Shown: positions 9,287 through 19,395, counted from the stretch's first letter. The stretch is 64,000 nucleotides of DNA from an uncultured Candidatus Poseidoniales archaeon (GCA_902593945.1 CACJKA010000001.1:105905-169904), one strand, 5' to 3'. Made by a program: numbers and translations. The notes: generated by a model not told the origin, from the sequence alone.

Positions 9287-10315
9287 ATGAGGGCGGTTTC
9301 AGTCATTTTAGTATTGATTATCATGACTAGTTCATTGAGTGGATGTTTGTCGGATTCGGATAGTAAATCATCTAGCGAAGAGGAAGATTTAACGCCTCTA
9401 AGAATAAATCATATCCAAATGAAAGGGACACATAATTCCTATCATTTAGCTCCAATAGGACCTACAATTAGGGCCTATGATTATTCACATGATCCGTTAG
9501 ATATTCAGGCTGAAGAACAAGGAGTAAGACAATTTGAAATAGATGTTTGGTGGGATGCAAGAGGCCAGTTATATGTTTATCACAATCAATACGACGCAAG
9601 ATCAAATTGCATTACTTTGGAAGAATGTCTAGGAACCCTGTTAGATTGGTCAAATCAAAATCAAGAACATGTGCCATTGATGATTTGGATTGAACCTAAA
9701 GAATGGCTTGAGCAGGGTACAGATAATACATTCGTAATTGATTTGCAAAATATGTTAGATAATATCGAGCAAGAAATAATTGAATATTGGCCTCGAAATA
9801 AAACAATTACACCCGATGATGTTAGAAATGGTGAAGAAACTCTCTCAACCGCTATAATGAAAAATGGTTGGCCTTTACTTGATGATTCAAGAGGAAAAGC
9901 GATGTTCATTCTACTTTCCAGTGGAGATGTGAGACAACAATATTATGAAAAATATCCCGGATTAAATGGTTCTAGAATGTTCACTATGTCTGAACCTGGT
10001 AGTTCTGAAGCCGCAATTTTTTCAGATACTGATCCAATTGGAAATGGTGATGAAATAGAGGCCTTAGTTAGAGACGGATTCATTATTAGGTCAAGGGCAG
10101 ATAACGCTGAAGACGGAGAAGCAGATAATAATGACACAACTAGGCTTCAGGCTGCTATTTCAGTTGGTGCCCATTCTATATCTACTGACTATCCGGAAAA
10201 AGTCGATGGAATCGAATATTGGGTAGAGATTCCCAATGGCAATCCAGTAGCATGCAACCCTATTTCTGCACCGATTGACTGCACCCCTGAAAGGGTCGAG
10301 TCTTTATTTAATTAG
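9287..10315 (+). CDS. Secreted/lipid-anchored PI-PLC X-domain-like phosphodiesterase
   Basis: N-terminal signal peptide with a lipobox-like LSGC. MKGTHNSYH is the catalytic-His motif typical of the PI-PLC-like phosphodiesterase fold. An acidic linker is rich in S/D/E. Confidence 0.65.
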   Translation: MRAVSVILVLIIMTSSLSGCLSDSDSKSSSEEEDLTPLRINHIQMKGTHNSYHLAPIGPTIRAYDYSHDPLDIQAEEQGVRQFEIDVWWDARGQLYVYHNQYDARSNCITLEECLGTLLDWSNQNQEHVPLMIWIEPKEWLEQGTDNTFVIDLQNMLDNIEQEIIEYWPRNKTITPDDVRNGEETLSTAIMKNGWPLLDDSRGKAMFILLSSGDVRQQYYEKYPGLNGSRMFTMSEPGSSEAAIFSDTDPIGNGDEIEALVRDGFIIRSRADNAEDGEADNNDTTRLQAAISVGAHSISTDYPEKVDGIEYWVEIPNGNPVACNPISAPIDCTPERVESLFN

Positions 10316-10318
10316 ATT

Positions 10319-11020
10319 TCATGCCTTTGCAATTACCTTTAACTCAACAGCAATTGGAGTGGGGAGAGCTAAAACTGAACAAGTTGTTCTTGACGGTAAG
10401 ATTTCAGAAAAATATTCTGCATAAACTTCATTGTAGCCCGCAAAATCTCTATCCATATCTACGAGCATAGAATATACATCTACCACATTTTCTAGACTTG
10501 AACCATACTCTTCTAGAATAATCTTGATATTTTCTATTACTGAACGAGTTTGGGCTTTGATATCATAATCTAGAGGATTGCCATTTTCGTCCTTTATTGG
10601 ACCACCAGGTATCTCATTAGTGACTGGTTTTCTTGGACCTATTCCGCTCACAAAGATTAGGTCCCCTACTCTGTGAAGATGTGGATAAGCGCCAACTGCA
10701 GAAGGCCCTAATTCGGACTTAAAAGGTCCATTATTTGTAATAATTTTCCCTGCAGTTTTCTTTCCAACTACGCCACCAACTATTCCACCTACAGGTCCTC
10801 CAACAGCCACTCCAGCGGCTGCACCCATTGCACCTCCTGCTGAACTGAGAAATGATTTACCATAATCATTATACATTTTTTCTACAATATCTTGAGGCAT
10901 TGATCTTATTTGTTCTACAAGACGACTTCTCGCTTCGGAATCTGTGATTTGATCAACTTCATAAATCCATTCGAGTAGTTGCCCGAATTTACTCTCATCA
11001 AATTGATCCTCGGACATCAA
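10319..11020 (-). CDS. RidA/YjgF/UK114-family (imine/enamine deaminase-like) protein with about 100-aa N-terminal extension
   Basis: The C-terminal half matches the RidA pattern (AYPHLHRVGDLIFVSGIGPRKP ... TTCSVLALPTPIAVELKVIA). The N-terminal part has a helical segment plus the Gly-rich hydrophobic tract GGAMGAAAGVAVGGPVGGIVGGVVG. It overlaps the upstream gene by 4 bp. Confidence 0.8.
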   Translation of the reverse strand: MMSEDQFDESKFGQLLEWIYEVDQITDSEARSRLVEQIRSMPQDIVEKMYNDYGKSFLSSAGGAMGAAAGVAVGGPVGGIVGGVVGKKTAGKIITNNGPFKSELGPSAVGAYPHLHRVGDLIFVSGIGPRKPVTNEIPGGPIKDENGNPLDYDIKAQTRSVIENIKIILEEYGSSLENVVDVYSMLVDMDRDFAGYNEVYAEYFSEILPSRTTCSVLALPTPIAVELKVIAKA

Positions 11021-11943
11021 TGATTCCCCTTATTTAGAACATTTCTATCACCCTGATAGTATTCTACATCATCTTCATCAAACTCTTTGTCACCAAATGA
11101 ACCAGAAGACGGAGTAAGTTGAATTACAGCCCCCCCAGAGCCATGTAGTGCCTCATAAGCTAATACTTCTCCAAGGTAATTATTGTGTTGCCCCATCGAA
11201 GCAGCAAGCCACCAAGCCGGCTTGTAAGCAACAACTTTCTGGACTCTGATTTGGCCATGAATTTCTCTACTTAATTGGCTCAAGTCTTCTAGTCTACCAT
11301 CTGCAAAGAATTCGAGAATTTTTTCATTCCATTCATTATCTTTAGAACTATGAATTCTATCCTCGGAAGGGTCAATATGTTCTGTGAACATTCTATTCGA
11401 TAAGCTAGAAACCACAACTACAACTGCTTTCTTACCTTGACTAACTAAAGCATCATTTGCTGCTTTACCTAAGACAATTGTTTCGGAACGATTTGCATAC
11501 ATATTACTTGAAACAATACATGCTGGAATTCTATTATCAGGATTTAATAAACTAAGAGCGACGACTGAACCAGTATCTATTGGGAAGCCTTCATACTCCA
11601 CAGTTCTAGCATGCAAGCCCCTTTTTTCTGCTGCTGAACAATATTCATGAGCAAACTCTGTATCTATATGGAAGTTATATGGCATACTACCAAGATAATG
11701 GAAATCATCATCAACATGAGTCCAAATTGATTCTTTAAGAGCCTGAATCTGGTGACCTACGACACTTGGCCATGTGGTCGAGTAAACCAGAATTAGGTCT
11801 GCATCCGATTCTTCGATTCTCTTTCTACATTTTTCAAATGCGGCACGTAAATTTGCATATCCAGAGTTTGCATCTGGAGAAAGTAAGGGCTGTGGATGAG
11901 GAGGGACATAGAGTCCAAAAAGAATTGGTGAATCTTCGCTCAT
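11017..11943 (-). CDS. Class III extradiol dioxygenase (LigB/AmnB fold) paralog lacking the metal/catalytic His residues; probable non-catalytic partner subunit (AmnA-like)
   Basis: Aligns by eye to the adjacent 317-aa paralog (VPPHPQPLL vs APHPPHLVY). However, it has STTW where the partner has TPHW, and SSLSNRMF where the partner has SSHSLSHRHF. Confidence 0.7.
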   Translation of the reverse strand: MSEDSPILFGLYVPPHPQPLLSPDANSGYANLRAAFEKCRKRIEESDADLILVYSTTWPSVVGHQIQALKESIWTHVDDDFHYLGSMPYNFHIDTEFAHEYCSAAEKRGLHARTVEYEGFPIDTGSVVALSLLNPDNRIPACIVSSNMYANRSETIVLGKAANDALVSQGKKAVVVVVSSLSNRMFTEHIDPSEDRIHSSKDNEWNEKILEFFADGRLEDLSQLSREIHGQIRVQKVVAYKPAWWLAASMGQHNNYLGEVLAYEALHGSGGAVIQLTPSSGSFGDKEFDEDDVEYYQGDRNVLNKGNH

Positions 11944-11952
11944 TATATCACC

Positions 11953-12906
11953 TCAGAGTACTAACTCCCTAGTTTCAGTATTCGGATCCCAACAAGCAAT
12001 ACAGTTACCTGTTCCTATAACTGATTGATAACCATAAATTTCAGCCGGATAACTGGGAACCCCCATAGCGGCCATCATCCAGATTAACCCTCCTGCCTCG
12101 GTCTCAGCAATGGTCTGTTCAGTATATTCGGGCATAATATCAACTACCTCTTGCATCTGACCTTGCCTAAACATATCAATAATTTTCATATCCCAGACAT
12201 ATTGACTATGATTGTATATATGTTCTCGACTCATATCTTCTGGGAGAGGTGCTTCAGTAACAAAATGACGATGACTAAGGCTGTGGCTACTCACTAACAC
12301 TACTTTTTTCCCACTTTTCTCAATAGCCCTCATACAAGCTTCGCCCAATGCCTTAGCTTGCTCAATCATCACTTCATTTGAATAATAATGAGAATTACGA
12401 TTACTTGAAATTGTGACTATAGGTTTATCCCAACTTGGATTCAATAAATGGCATGAGGTTATAGTTCCATAGTCTACTCTAAAATCAGGGTTTCTCATCA
12501 TTTTCGTTATAATTCCTGCTTTAGCGGTTTCTTCGTGCATTGCTTCTGCTAACTCAACATCGACTTTAAGATCATAATTATACCTAAACAAATTAGGAAA
12601 AACTGGATCTACTGATTTGGATTTAAATTCCGGAAGTCCCAAGAAATGTGTCCCAATATATGTTTGCCAATGTGGAGTAAAAATTACAATAGCGTCATAA
12701 TCAATTGTTTTTAATTTTCTTGCAAGTTTTGCATAACCCCAGCGAAGAGTTTCCCAACCTCCCTCGCTAAAGGCCTCATTTTGAGGAGGGTTCTCTGCAT
12801 AAACTAGATGCGGGGGGTGCGGTGCAAGACATCCGAGTACAATTTCGCCTTTCGACATATTGGAGCGGAGACTATCCTTATTGATGAATGAGACGTATTG
12901 GGCCAT
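11953..12906 (-). CDS. Class III extradiol ring-cleavage dioxygenase catalytic subunit (LigB/AmnB-like)
   Basis: LigB-family landmarks are present: N-terminal His cluster LAPHPPHLV, the TPHW motif, HSLSH (catalytic His region) and AETEAGG (Glu ligand region). Confidence 0.75.
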   Translation of the reverse strand: MAQYVSFINKDSLRSNMSKGEIVLGCLAPHPPHLVYAENPPQNEAFSEGGWETLRWGYAKLARKLKTIDYDAIVIFTPHWQTYIGTHFLGLPEFKSKSVDPVFPNLFRYNYDLKVDVELAEAMHEETAKAGIITKMMRNPDFRVDYGTITSCHLLNPSWDKPIVTISSNRNSHYYSNEVMIEQAKALGEACMRAIEKSGKKVVLVSSHSLSHRHFVTEAPLPEDMSREHIYNHSQYVWDMKIIDMFRQGQMQEVVDIMPEYTEQTIAETEAGGLIWMMAAMGVPSYPAEIYGYQSVIGTGNCIACWDPNTETRELVL

Positions 12907-12925
12907 TCAGAGTATTATATGCTAG

Positions 12926-13351
12926 ATGCGCCCCCGACATATCATGAAGTGGGAGTCTGCTCCACTATGGCCTGTGGCAATTCCATCATTGGCAGGATTT
13001 ATTTTAGCATTCATCCCATATCTATTTGAAATAGATTTTTTTACTAAGAAGAACCTTTTATTTCCTGTATTAATTCTGGCTTTTTTGGGATTATCTTGTT
13101 TTATTCTATCAGAAAAATATGGAAATAAAACGGAACTTTACATAGGATATTTTCTAGGATTAATGGTCTTCTACTCATTTAGATTCTTCTTTGGATTTTA
13201 TGGAATTGCAGTAGTTATTCTAACTTGGCTGGGTCAATCAATGTATTTATGGCAGTATAATTTTCCTCCATTTAGAATTGGTATTTGGTTAGCACTGGGC
13301 TCGATGTCTGGATTATACATTGGTGGAATAATGGCATTCAATATATTCTAG
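12926..13351 (+). CDS. Small 4-TM membrane protein, unknown function
   Basis: 141-aa hydrophobic ORF filling the gap between convergent neighbours. No motif recognised. Confidence 0.5.
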   Translation: MRPRHIMKWESAPLWPVAIPSLAGFILAFIPYLFEIDFFTKKNLLFPVLILAFLGLSCFILSEKYGNKTELYIGYFLGLMVFYSFRFFFGFYGIAVVILTWLGQSMYLWQYNFPPFRIGIWLALGSMSGLYIGGIMAFNIF

Positions 13352-14769
13352 AACCTTCTATTGAAAAAGCCTTCAATAACTATTCCTGTTATGATAAATG
13401 CGGGGAAACTAACTAAAAATCCGGTAAAGATTAATTCATCATCGACATAATTAGATACGATTCTTACTTCCCCCAAAGAATCATCCTCTATATTATCTGA
13501 ATTGGATAATCTAACTAATAAAATATGGACATCAAAAAGACTATCCGGAGCAATTGTGAATGTTAATGTACTATTTGCTTCAATTACGGAGAGATTACCA
13601 TTAGAAACAAACTGGTCCCAATAGAAAATACCTTTTTCAGCGTGTTTTTCGACTAAATCTCTCTGAATCATTAGAACTTCGACATCATAATCTCCAACAT
13701 TGTAAACATCTACAATTACAGGATCCCAGAGACTGTGTACTTCAATGGTATCTAAGTTGACATCACCGATGCCAAATCTCATATTCGCCTCATCTTCATC
13801 TGTTCCTGAACCATCAATTACACCAACTGCTAACCAGGTAGAACAAATCAATAGAACTAATATCGAAGATAATACTTGATTTCTATCAGGGAGTAAAGAA
13901 CTCCATCCATTTTCAGTTCTAGCACGTACTACAGGTTGCACGGCGTGAACAAATGAAGATGTGATTATAGCTAAGACAATACCAGGTATTATGTCTACAA
14001 ACCAATGAATACCAAGATATTGTATAGAAAATAGATAAATTATTACGTTAAATTGAATAAAATAATCAAACTCTTTGTGACGCCAATCTTTGAAATCTAT
14101 ACCTAACTTTCGACAATGTAGTCTGTTGATAATTAACAAGCTAATTGGTAATCCTACATGTAAACTTGGTATTGCATTATCCATAGGATCATTATCTGTG
14201 AAAAACGCAAGAGTAAATGAATCGTGATACAGGAGTGCATCCATATCTGAGAGATAGGTAGATGTCACTTCAACATTGAAAAATAGATACAGAGGGACAC
14301 TTAAAATATAGATCACAAAATAATTCAAAGCCGCTTTATCGGCCATTATTTCGTCACGACACAAAATATAGTACATTGGAGAAAACCATATCATGAATAA
14401 ATACATGAATAGATAATGCCCCGATAAGAGATTTGTTAGAGTATCATTAAGGAAAAACTCCTGAATATGATTTGTCCAATCGCCCTCTATTTCATATATC
14501 CAGTGAGTAAATCCTCCAACTCTAGCCTTCATTGGTTCGTTATGATAATCAATTATTGCTTTGTAAATAAACATTAGCAAATATAGAAGAATATGCCACC
14601 AGTAGCCCTTTTCTTTAATTTCTCTTGGCAAATCTACTAATGAAACACGCCTTTCTTTCTCGTCTCTTGTCAAGAAAAAATGTATTGGTAAAGTGAAAAG
14701 TAATAATGCGCCCATGGAAGTGCCATAAGGTCCAATGGGCCAATTCATTAGACTCTCCGCGTACGACAA
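13348..14769 (-). CDS. PAP2-superfamily (sphingomyelin/IPC-synthase-like PAP2_C type) membrane protein with C-terminal extracytoplasmic domain
   Basis: A polytopic N-terminal 300 aa carries IPSLHVGLP and LGIHWFVDIIPG, the C2/C3-like PAP2 motifs. An approx. 150-aa soluble domain and a final TM helix follow. Confidence 0.6.
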   Translation of the reverse strand: MSYAESLMNWPIGPYGTSMGALLLFTLPIHFFLTRDEKERRVSLVDLPREIKEKGYWWHILLYLLMFIYKAIIDYHNEPMKARVGGFTHWIYEIEGDWTNHIQEFFLNDTLTNLLSGHYLFMYLFMIWFSPMYYILCRDEIMADKAALNYFVIYILSVPLYLFFNVEVTSTYLSDMDALLYHDSFTLAFFTDNDPMDNAIPSLHVGLPISLLIINRLHCRKLGIDFKDWRHKEFDYFIQFNVIIYLFSIQYLGIHWFVDIIPGIVLAIITSSFVHAVQPVVRARTENGWSSLLPDRNQVLSSILVLLICSTWLAVGVIDGSGTDEDEANMRFGIGDVNLDTIEVHSLWDPVIVDVYNVGDYDVEVLMIQRDLVEKHAEKGIFYWDQFVSNGNLSVIEANSTLTFTIAPDSLFDVHILLVRLSNSDNIEDDSLGEVRIVSNYVDDELIFTGFLVSFPAFIITGIVIEGFFNRRF

Positions 14770-14829
14770 TGATTCATCAATAATGCGGAAGTGGAAACAA
14801 CTTTTATCCTAATCCTATCATGAATAAAT

Positions 14830-15294
14830 ATGGATGGACATCTGATATGGATGGATGAATGTGCAAAAATCAGTTTTGATGCGAAACCAAGACGATATAA
14901 AGAAGGGACAAGAACATCAGAAGATGCTGCGAGGCAACTTCAATGTGATGTTTCTAATATTGCAAAATCAATTGTATTTGAAGGTCAAGATATGGCAATT
15001 GTTGTAATTACATCAGGATCTAATAGAGTTGATAGAAAGAAGAAACTAAAGAAAATACTCGGGTATAAACCAGGTCAGGCTACACCTGAATATGTTTTGG
15101 AAAGTACTGGGTATGAAGTTGGGGGAGTTCCACCTTTCGGACATCTTAAAGAAACAATAAAAATCATTGATGAAGACTTATTCAAATATGATTTAATTTG
15201 GGGCGCTGGAGGGACTGCAGATACAGTTTTTCCAATTACTCCGGAAGAACTTAAAGAAATTAGTAAGGCAGAGATTAGAGACGTGAAACAGTAG
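14830..15294 (+). CDS. YbaK/ProX-family aminoacyl-tRNA deacylase domain protein
   Basis: KSIVFEG...IVVITSG...GYEVGGVPPFGH pattern typical of YbaK/EbsC editing domains. Confidence 0.8.
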   Translation: MDGHLIWMDECAKISFDAKPRRYKEGTRTSEDAARQLQCDVSNIAKSIVFEGQDMAIVVITSGSNRVDRKKKLKKILGYKPGQATPEYVLESTGYEVGGVPPFGHLKETIKIIDEDLFKYDLIWGAGGTADTVFPITPEELKEISKAEIRDVKQ

Positions 15295-15301
15295 TGATAA
15301 T

Positions 15302-16048
15302 ATGATTACAGATGAGCTTATTATAGCGGCTGAAAATCTAAGAGATAGAGTTGATTCATTAGGTGATTTGTTGGTAAAAAAAGGCCTAGTGGATTATTCA
15401 TATAATCCACTTATGTATGCTTGGGAGCCACATAAAGCATTCATTGAATTAGGAGGTGGAAAAGGGGCAAAAACACTACTTCTAGGCATGAATCCTGGCC
15501 CTCATGGCATGGGACAAATGGGGATTCCATTCTCAGCAACCAGTGTAGTAAGAGATCTATTAGAGATAAAGGGATTAGAAGTTTTACAACCGAAAAATAT
15601 CCATCCTAAAAGACCGGTTACAGGGTTAGATTGGCATAAAGAGGAAGTCTCAGGGACTAGGATATGGAATGTATTAGAAGAATACTATGGAAGTATGGAA
15701 GAAATTTTTTCAAATGTGTTCATCGTTAATCATTGTCCATTAATGCTCTTTAATGGAGAAAGAGGTACTAATATTACTCCGGATAAAATATCAGGAGATG
15801 TAGTAAAAAAATTACTTCAGATATGCGATGAACACTTAGTTCAAGTGGTCAAAATTATGGGAATAAAGAAAGTAGTTGGAGTAGGGAAATATGCTGAAAA
15901 AAGGGCTCTAGGGGCATTAAAGCACTTAGATATTGAAATTACTAGTTGTTGGCACCCCTCTCCAGCGTCCCCATTGGCTAATAGAAATAAGGGCAATGAT
16001 TGGAAAGAAAATATCAAAAATGTTTTACCAAAAAATACTGATTATTAG
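15302..16048 (+). CDS. SMUG1-type (family 3) uracil-DNA glycosylase
   Basis: Motif 1 GMNPGPHGMGQMGIPF and motif 2 CWHPSPASPLANR closely match the SMUG1 signatures (GMNPGP.G / HPSP.NP). Confidence 0.8.
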   Translation: MITDELIIAAENLRDRVDSLGDLLVKKGLVDYSYNPLMYAWEPHKAFIELGGGKGAKTLLLGMNPGPHGMGQMGIPFSATSVVRDLLEIKGLEVLQPKNIHPKRPVTGLDWHKEEVSGTRIWNVLEEYYGSMEEIFSNVFIVNHCPLMLFNGERGTNITPDKISGDVVKKLLQICDEHLVQVVKIMGIKKVVGVGKYAEKRALGALKHLDIEITSCWHPSPASPLANRNKGNDWKENIKNVLPKNTDY

Positions 16049-16109
16049 TGTAATAAAATATACTAAGTTCCAATTACTACACTAGTAAACAATTAAGTCA
16101 AGATATCTA

Positions 16110-17903
16110 TTGTCAAGTCTCATGTCTGCTATGACAACACCCGAATACCTGATGGCAAATGCGAAGAATTATGGAGAAGAAACAGCGATCTCTACTAAAG
16201 GTTCTAATGGCAATTGGAACAATATTAGTTGGTCAGAATTTCATGACCAAACTGCTTCTGTAGCAAAGTCTCTTATTGCTATGGGTTTCAATGAAGGCGA
16301 TAAATTGAGCATTTACTCTTACAATCGATTAGAGTGGTATACATCTTATCATGCTGCAAATATGTGTAATGGTGCTGCGGTTGGAGTTTACCACACCTGC
16401 TCTCCTGAAGAAGTCGAATGGGTTGTAGGAAATTCAGATTCAAAAGTTGTGTTTGTTGGAGATAATCCAATGGACGGAGGTAACAAAGAAAAAATGTGCG
16501 CTTACAGATTACATGAAATAATGGATAAATTAGACAAGGTAGAAACTGTAGTAGTAATGGATGGAGTAGATATGCCTGAACACTCCAAGTGTATGTCTTG
16601 GTCGGATTTTATTCAGAAAGGAGTAGATGTAGATTACTCTGAAATCGAAAAAAGAGTTTCGAGCATTACACCAGAAGACACATTTTCATTGATTTATACA
16701 TCAGGTACGACCGGAAATCCAAAAGGAGTGGAATTGAGTCATGATAATATTGATTTCGAACTTGCTGAAGTCTGGAAATTACAAGAATTCGAAAGAGGAT
16801 GGGGCTATGTTTCTTGGTTACCATGTGCTCACGTCTTCGGTCAACTGGTAGATTGTCACGCACACATTAGATGGGGACTTCATATGACTGTTGTAGATGC
16901 ACCATTGAATGTAATTGATGTCGCCAAAGAAGTACAACCTCACCTATTCATTGGAGTACCTAGAATTTATGAAAAAGTGTACAGCAATCTAGTTGCAAAA
17001 CTTGGAGGGAAAATAAAATTAGCTAAAGTTCCAATTCTAGGTGGAATTATCAAGAATAAAGCAAAACAAGCAATAGGGATGTCTAATTGTGTCTATGCAA
17101 TTACAGGCGCTGCACCAATAAATCCAGATATTCTAAAGTTATTCCATACACTTGACATACCATTGTATGAAGGATATGGAATGACTGAAACGACTGCGGG
17201 AGCAAGTTTAGGTTACAAGAAAAATCACAAATTTGGTACAGTTGGTAAACCATTCAGTGGCACTGAGTTAATGATTTCTGATTCGGGAGAGATTCTATTC
17301 AGAGGAAGACATATCATGAAAGGATATTACAAAAATCCTGAGGCTACCGCTCAAACTATAGATTCTGATGGATGGTTGCATTCCGGAGACAAAGGAGAAA
17401 TTGACTCTGATGGATATGTAAAAATCACTGGAAGAATAAAAGAATTGTATGTGAGTTCTGGTGGGAAAAATATTGCACCCCTTGTAATTGAAGAAACTAT
17501 GAAGTCTATTCCAATGGTTTCTCAATGTATGCTAATTGGAGATGGAAGAAAATACTGTAGTGCTTTATTCACATTGGATGTAGGTGCAATTCTAAGAGAT
17601 AAACATGGAATGGACCCAGCAAAAATACCAAAAGATCCCGCTGTTCAAATCACAACATTGGAAAGTTTCGGCAAGAGTCTCTCAGATTATACGGATAATG
17701 AAGAGATTCATGCGGAGATGCAAGCACAAGTTACAGAACTGAATGGACAATTCAGTAATCCTGAACAAATAAAGAAATTTAAGATACTGCCAAGAGATCT
17801 TAGTGTTGACTTTGGTGAATTAACTCCAACCCTCAAAATTAGAAGAATTCAAATTAGAGAAAATTGGGCTGCTGAAATAGAAGCAATGTATGAAGGCGCT
17901 TAA
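16110..17903 (+). CDS. Long-chain-fatty-acid--CoA ligase (ANL adenylate-forming superfamily)
   Basis: AMP-binding signature IYTSGTTGNPKGVELSH, plus YEGYGMTET, GDKGEIDSDGYVKITGRIKE and GKNIAP. Confidence 0.9.
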   Translation: MSSLMSAMTTPEYLMANAKNYGEETAISTKGSNGNWNNISWSEFHDQTASVAKSLIAMGFNEGDKLSIYSYNRLEWYTSYHAANMCNGAAVGVYHTCSPEEVEWVVGNSDSKVVFVGDNPMDGGNKEKMCAYRLHEIMDKLDKVETVVVMDGVDMPEHSKCMSWSDFIQKGVDVDYSEIEKRVSSITPEDTFSLIYTSGTTGNPKGVELSHDNIDFELAEVWKLQEFERGWGYVSWLPCAHVFGQLVDCHAHIRWGLHMTVVDAPLNVIDVAKEVQPHLFIGVPRIYEKVYSNLVAKLGGKIKLAKVPILGGIIKNKAKQAIGMSNCVYAITGAAPINPDILKLFHTLDIPLYEGYGMTETTAGASLGYKKNHKFGTVGKPFSGTELMISDSGEILFRGRHIMKGYYKNPEATAQTIDSDGWLHSGDKGEIDSDGYVKITGRIKELYVSSGGKNIAPLVIEETMKSIPMVSQCMLIGDGRKYCSALFTLDVGAILRDKHGMDPAKIPKDPAVQITTLESFGKSLSDYTDNEEIHAEMQAQVTELNGQFSNPEQIKKFKILPRDLSVDFGELTPTLKIRRIQIRENWAAEIEAMYEGA

Positions 17904-17917
17904 TATTCAGTGATATA

Positions 17918-18541
17918 ATGACACCAGAGGCCTGGATTGCTCTTGCAACTGTTTTTTGCTTGGGGGCAATGAGTCCGGGGCCATCTCTAGCAGTTGTTCT
18001 AAGAAATACTCTCTCAGGAGGTAGGAGACAAGGGGTAATGACTGGAATTGGTCATGGCCTTGGATTCGGGATATATGCATTTCTTGCAGCAGGAGCTTTT
18101 GCTACTGCGATATCAATACACGACACAGCAGAAACAGGATTGAAATGGGCAGGAGTTTGTATCTTACTCTGGTTAGGATACACTTTCCTTAATCATGCTA
18201 GGAAAGGCCCGAATATTGGAAATAACTCAGAAAGTCATGAGAATAACGACAAGCAAGGGTTTATTCAAGGATTTATAATTGCGCTGCTGAATCCAAAAAT
18301 TTTGGCTTGGATGTTAGCATTATACACCCCTTTTATAGAAAATAATGTTAGCCTTGAAACCCTTCTAGGAATGGGGGCATTGGGAATGATAATTGATGGA
18401 ACTTGGTATGTTACTGTAGCTCTGGTACTTACAAATGGAGGACGTGTTGACAAATTAAAATCAGTTTCACATATTATTGATGGAGCAATGGGGTTACTAA
18501 TGTTTATTTTTGCAGGCTTAATGATTTCTGGAGTGATTTAA
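17918..18541 (+). CDS. LysE/RhtB-family amino acid exporter
   Basis: 207 aa with 6 TM segments. The N-terminal helix with SPGPS(L) is typical of LysE/RhtB translocators. Confidence 0.8.
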   Translation: MTPEAWIALATVFCLGAMSPGPSLAVVLRNTLSGGRRQGVMTGIGHGLGFGIYAFLAAGAFATAISIHDTAETGLKWAGVCILLWLGYTFLNHARKGPNIGNNSESHENNDKQGFIQGFIIALLNPKILAWMLALYTPFIENNVSLETLLGMGALGMIIDGTWYVTVALVLTNGGRVDKLKSVSHIIDGAMGLLMFIFAGLMISGVI

Positions 18542-18546
18542 CTATT

Positions 18547-19395
18547 TCAGACTTCCCAAAATAAGAAACTAAGGAAAATCATTGAGAAGCAAAATGAGAA
18601 GGGGGCTATGATAATTCCACCTAATAGTCCGAAACCCAGTGATTTCTTCTTAGTGACAAAACTCCAGATAATCATTGCAATATAAGCAATCGGAATAAGA
18701 AATGGGATGAATGATAATAAAATAGACGATGCTGACATGTCTTCGTCACCATCTACAGAAATATAGTCTATTTGAGAATCAAAATTTGTCGCATAGGTCA
18801 TTGTCTGGCCATTCTTTTGGAAATAAAAGTCATAATTTTCTAGTGAGCCGTAACAATTCATGGGATACCAAAATTCTCCCTCTTCTGATTGAACATAGGA
18901 ATAAAAACCGTCCTCGATTTCCCACCAACAACCTCCATAATTTTCCCAATTTTCTTGATCATAAAAATCAACTGATGTGTAAAAATAAAAATCTTTATCA
19001 TCAATTTCTTCCAAACTAAATGATGGGATGTCAAAATATAACTCAGCAGTATTAAAATCTTCATTATTTATTGTAACCAACCCATCAAAATTTGGTTCAT
19101 TTATACCCTCATAATACCAAGTATCTTCATTTGCTAGTTCAGATGATAAAAATATGAAAGCCATTAGAAAACTGGCAATTATAGGGATCAAAATTAATCC
19201 GACAAGAAATTGAGAAACTAGGAATTTATTAGGATCTTTTATCTGAGGCATGTTGACTGATTGAGGAGTAGAAAAACTGCTCACATCACCAGAAAAAACA
19301 TTCTTTGGTGCATCGATAGAAGTTTGAGGGAATTGCTCTTTTTTGGGCCCCCACCATGGGTCTTCACTATCTGTCATGTTTGAAAGTTCCTCCAA
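18547..19395 (-). CDS. Membrane protein with Asp/Glu/Tyr/Phe/Trp-rich extracytoplasmic domain, unknown function
   Basis: 282-aa ORF with one TM after a polar N-terminus. An approx. 150-aa acidic-aromatic domain (WYYEGINEPNFDG...FYFYTSVDFYDQENWENYGGCWWEIEDGFY) follows, then C-terminal TM helices. Its start abuts the stop of the upstream zinc-ribbon gene with zero gap. Confidence 0.5.
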   Translation of the reverse strand: MEELSNMTDSEDPWWGPKKEQFPQTSIDAPKNVFSGDVSSFSTPQSVNMPQIKDPNKFLVSQFLVGLILIPIIASFLMAFIFLSSELANEDTWYYEGINEPNFDGLVTINNEDFNTAELYFDIPSFSLEEIDDKDFYFYTSVDFYDQENWENYGGCWWEIEDGFYSYVQSEEGEFWYPMNCYGSLENYDFYFQKNGQTMTYATNFDSQIDYISVDGDEDMSASSILLSFIPFLIPIAYIAMIIWSFVTKKKSLGFGLLGGIIIAPFSFCFSMIFLSFLFWEV

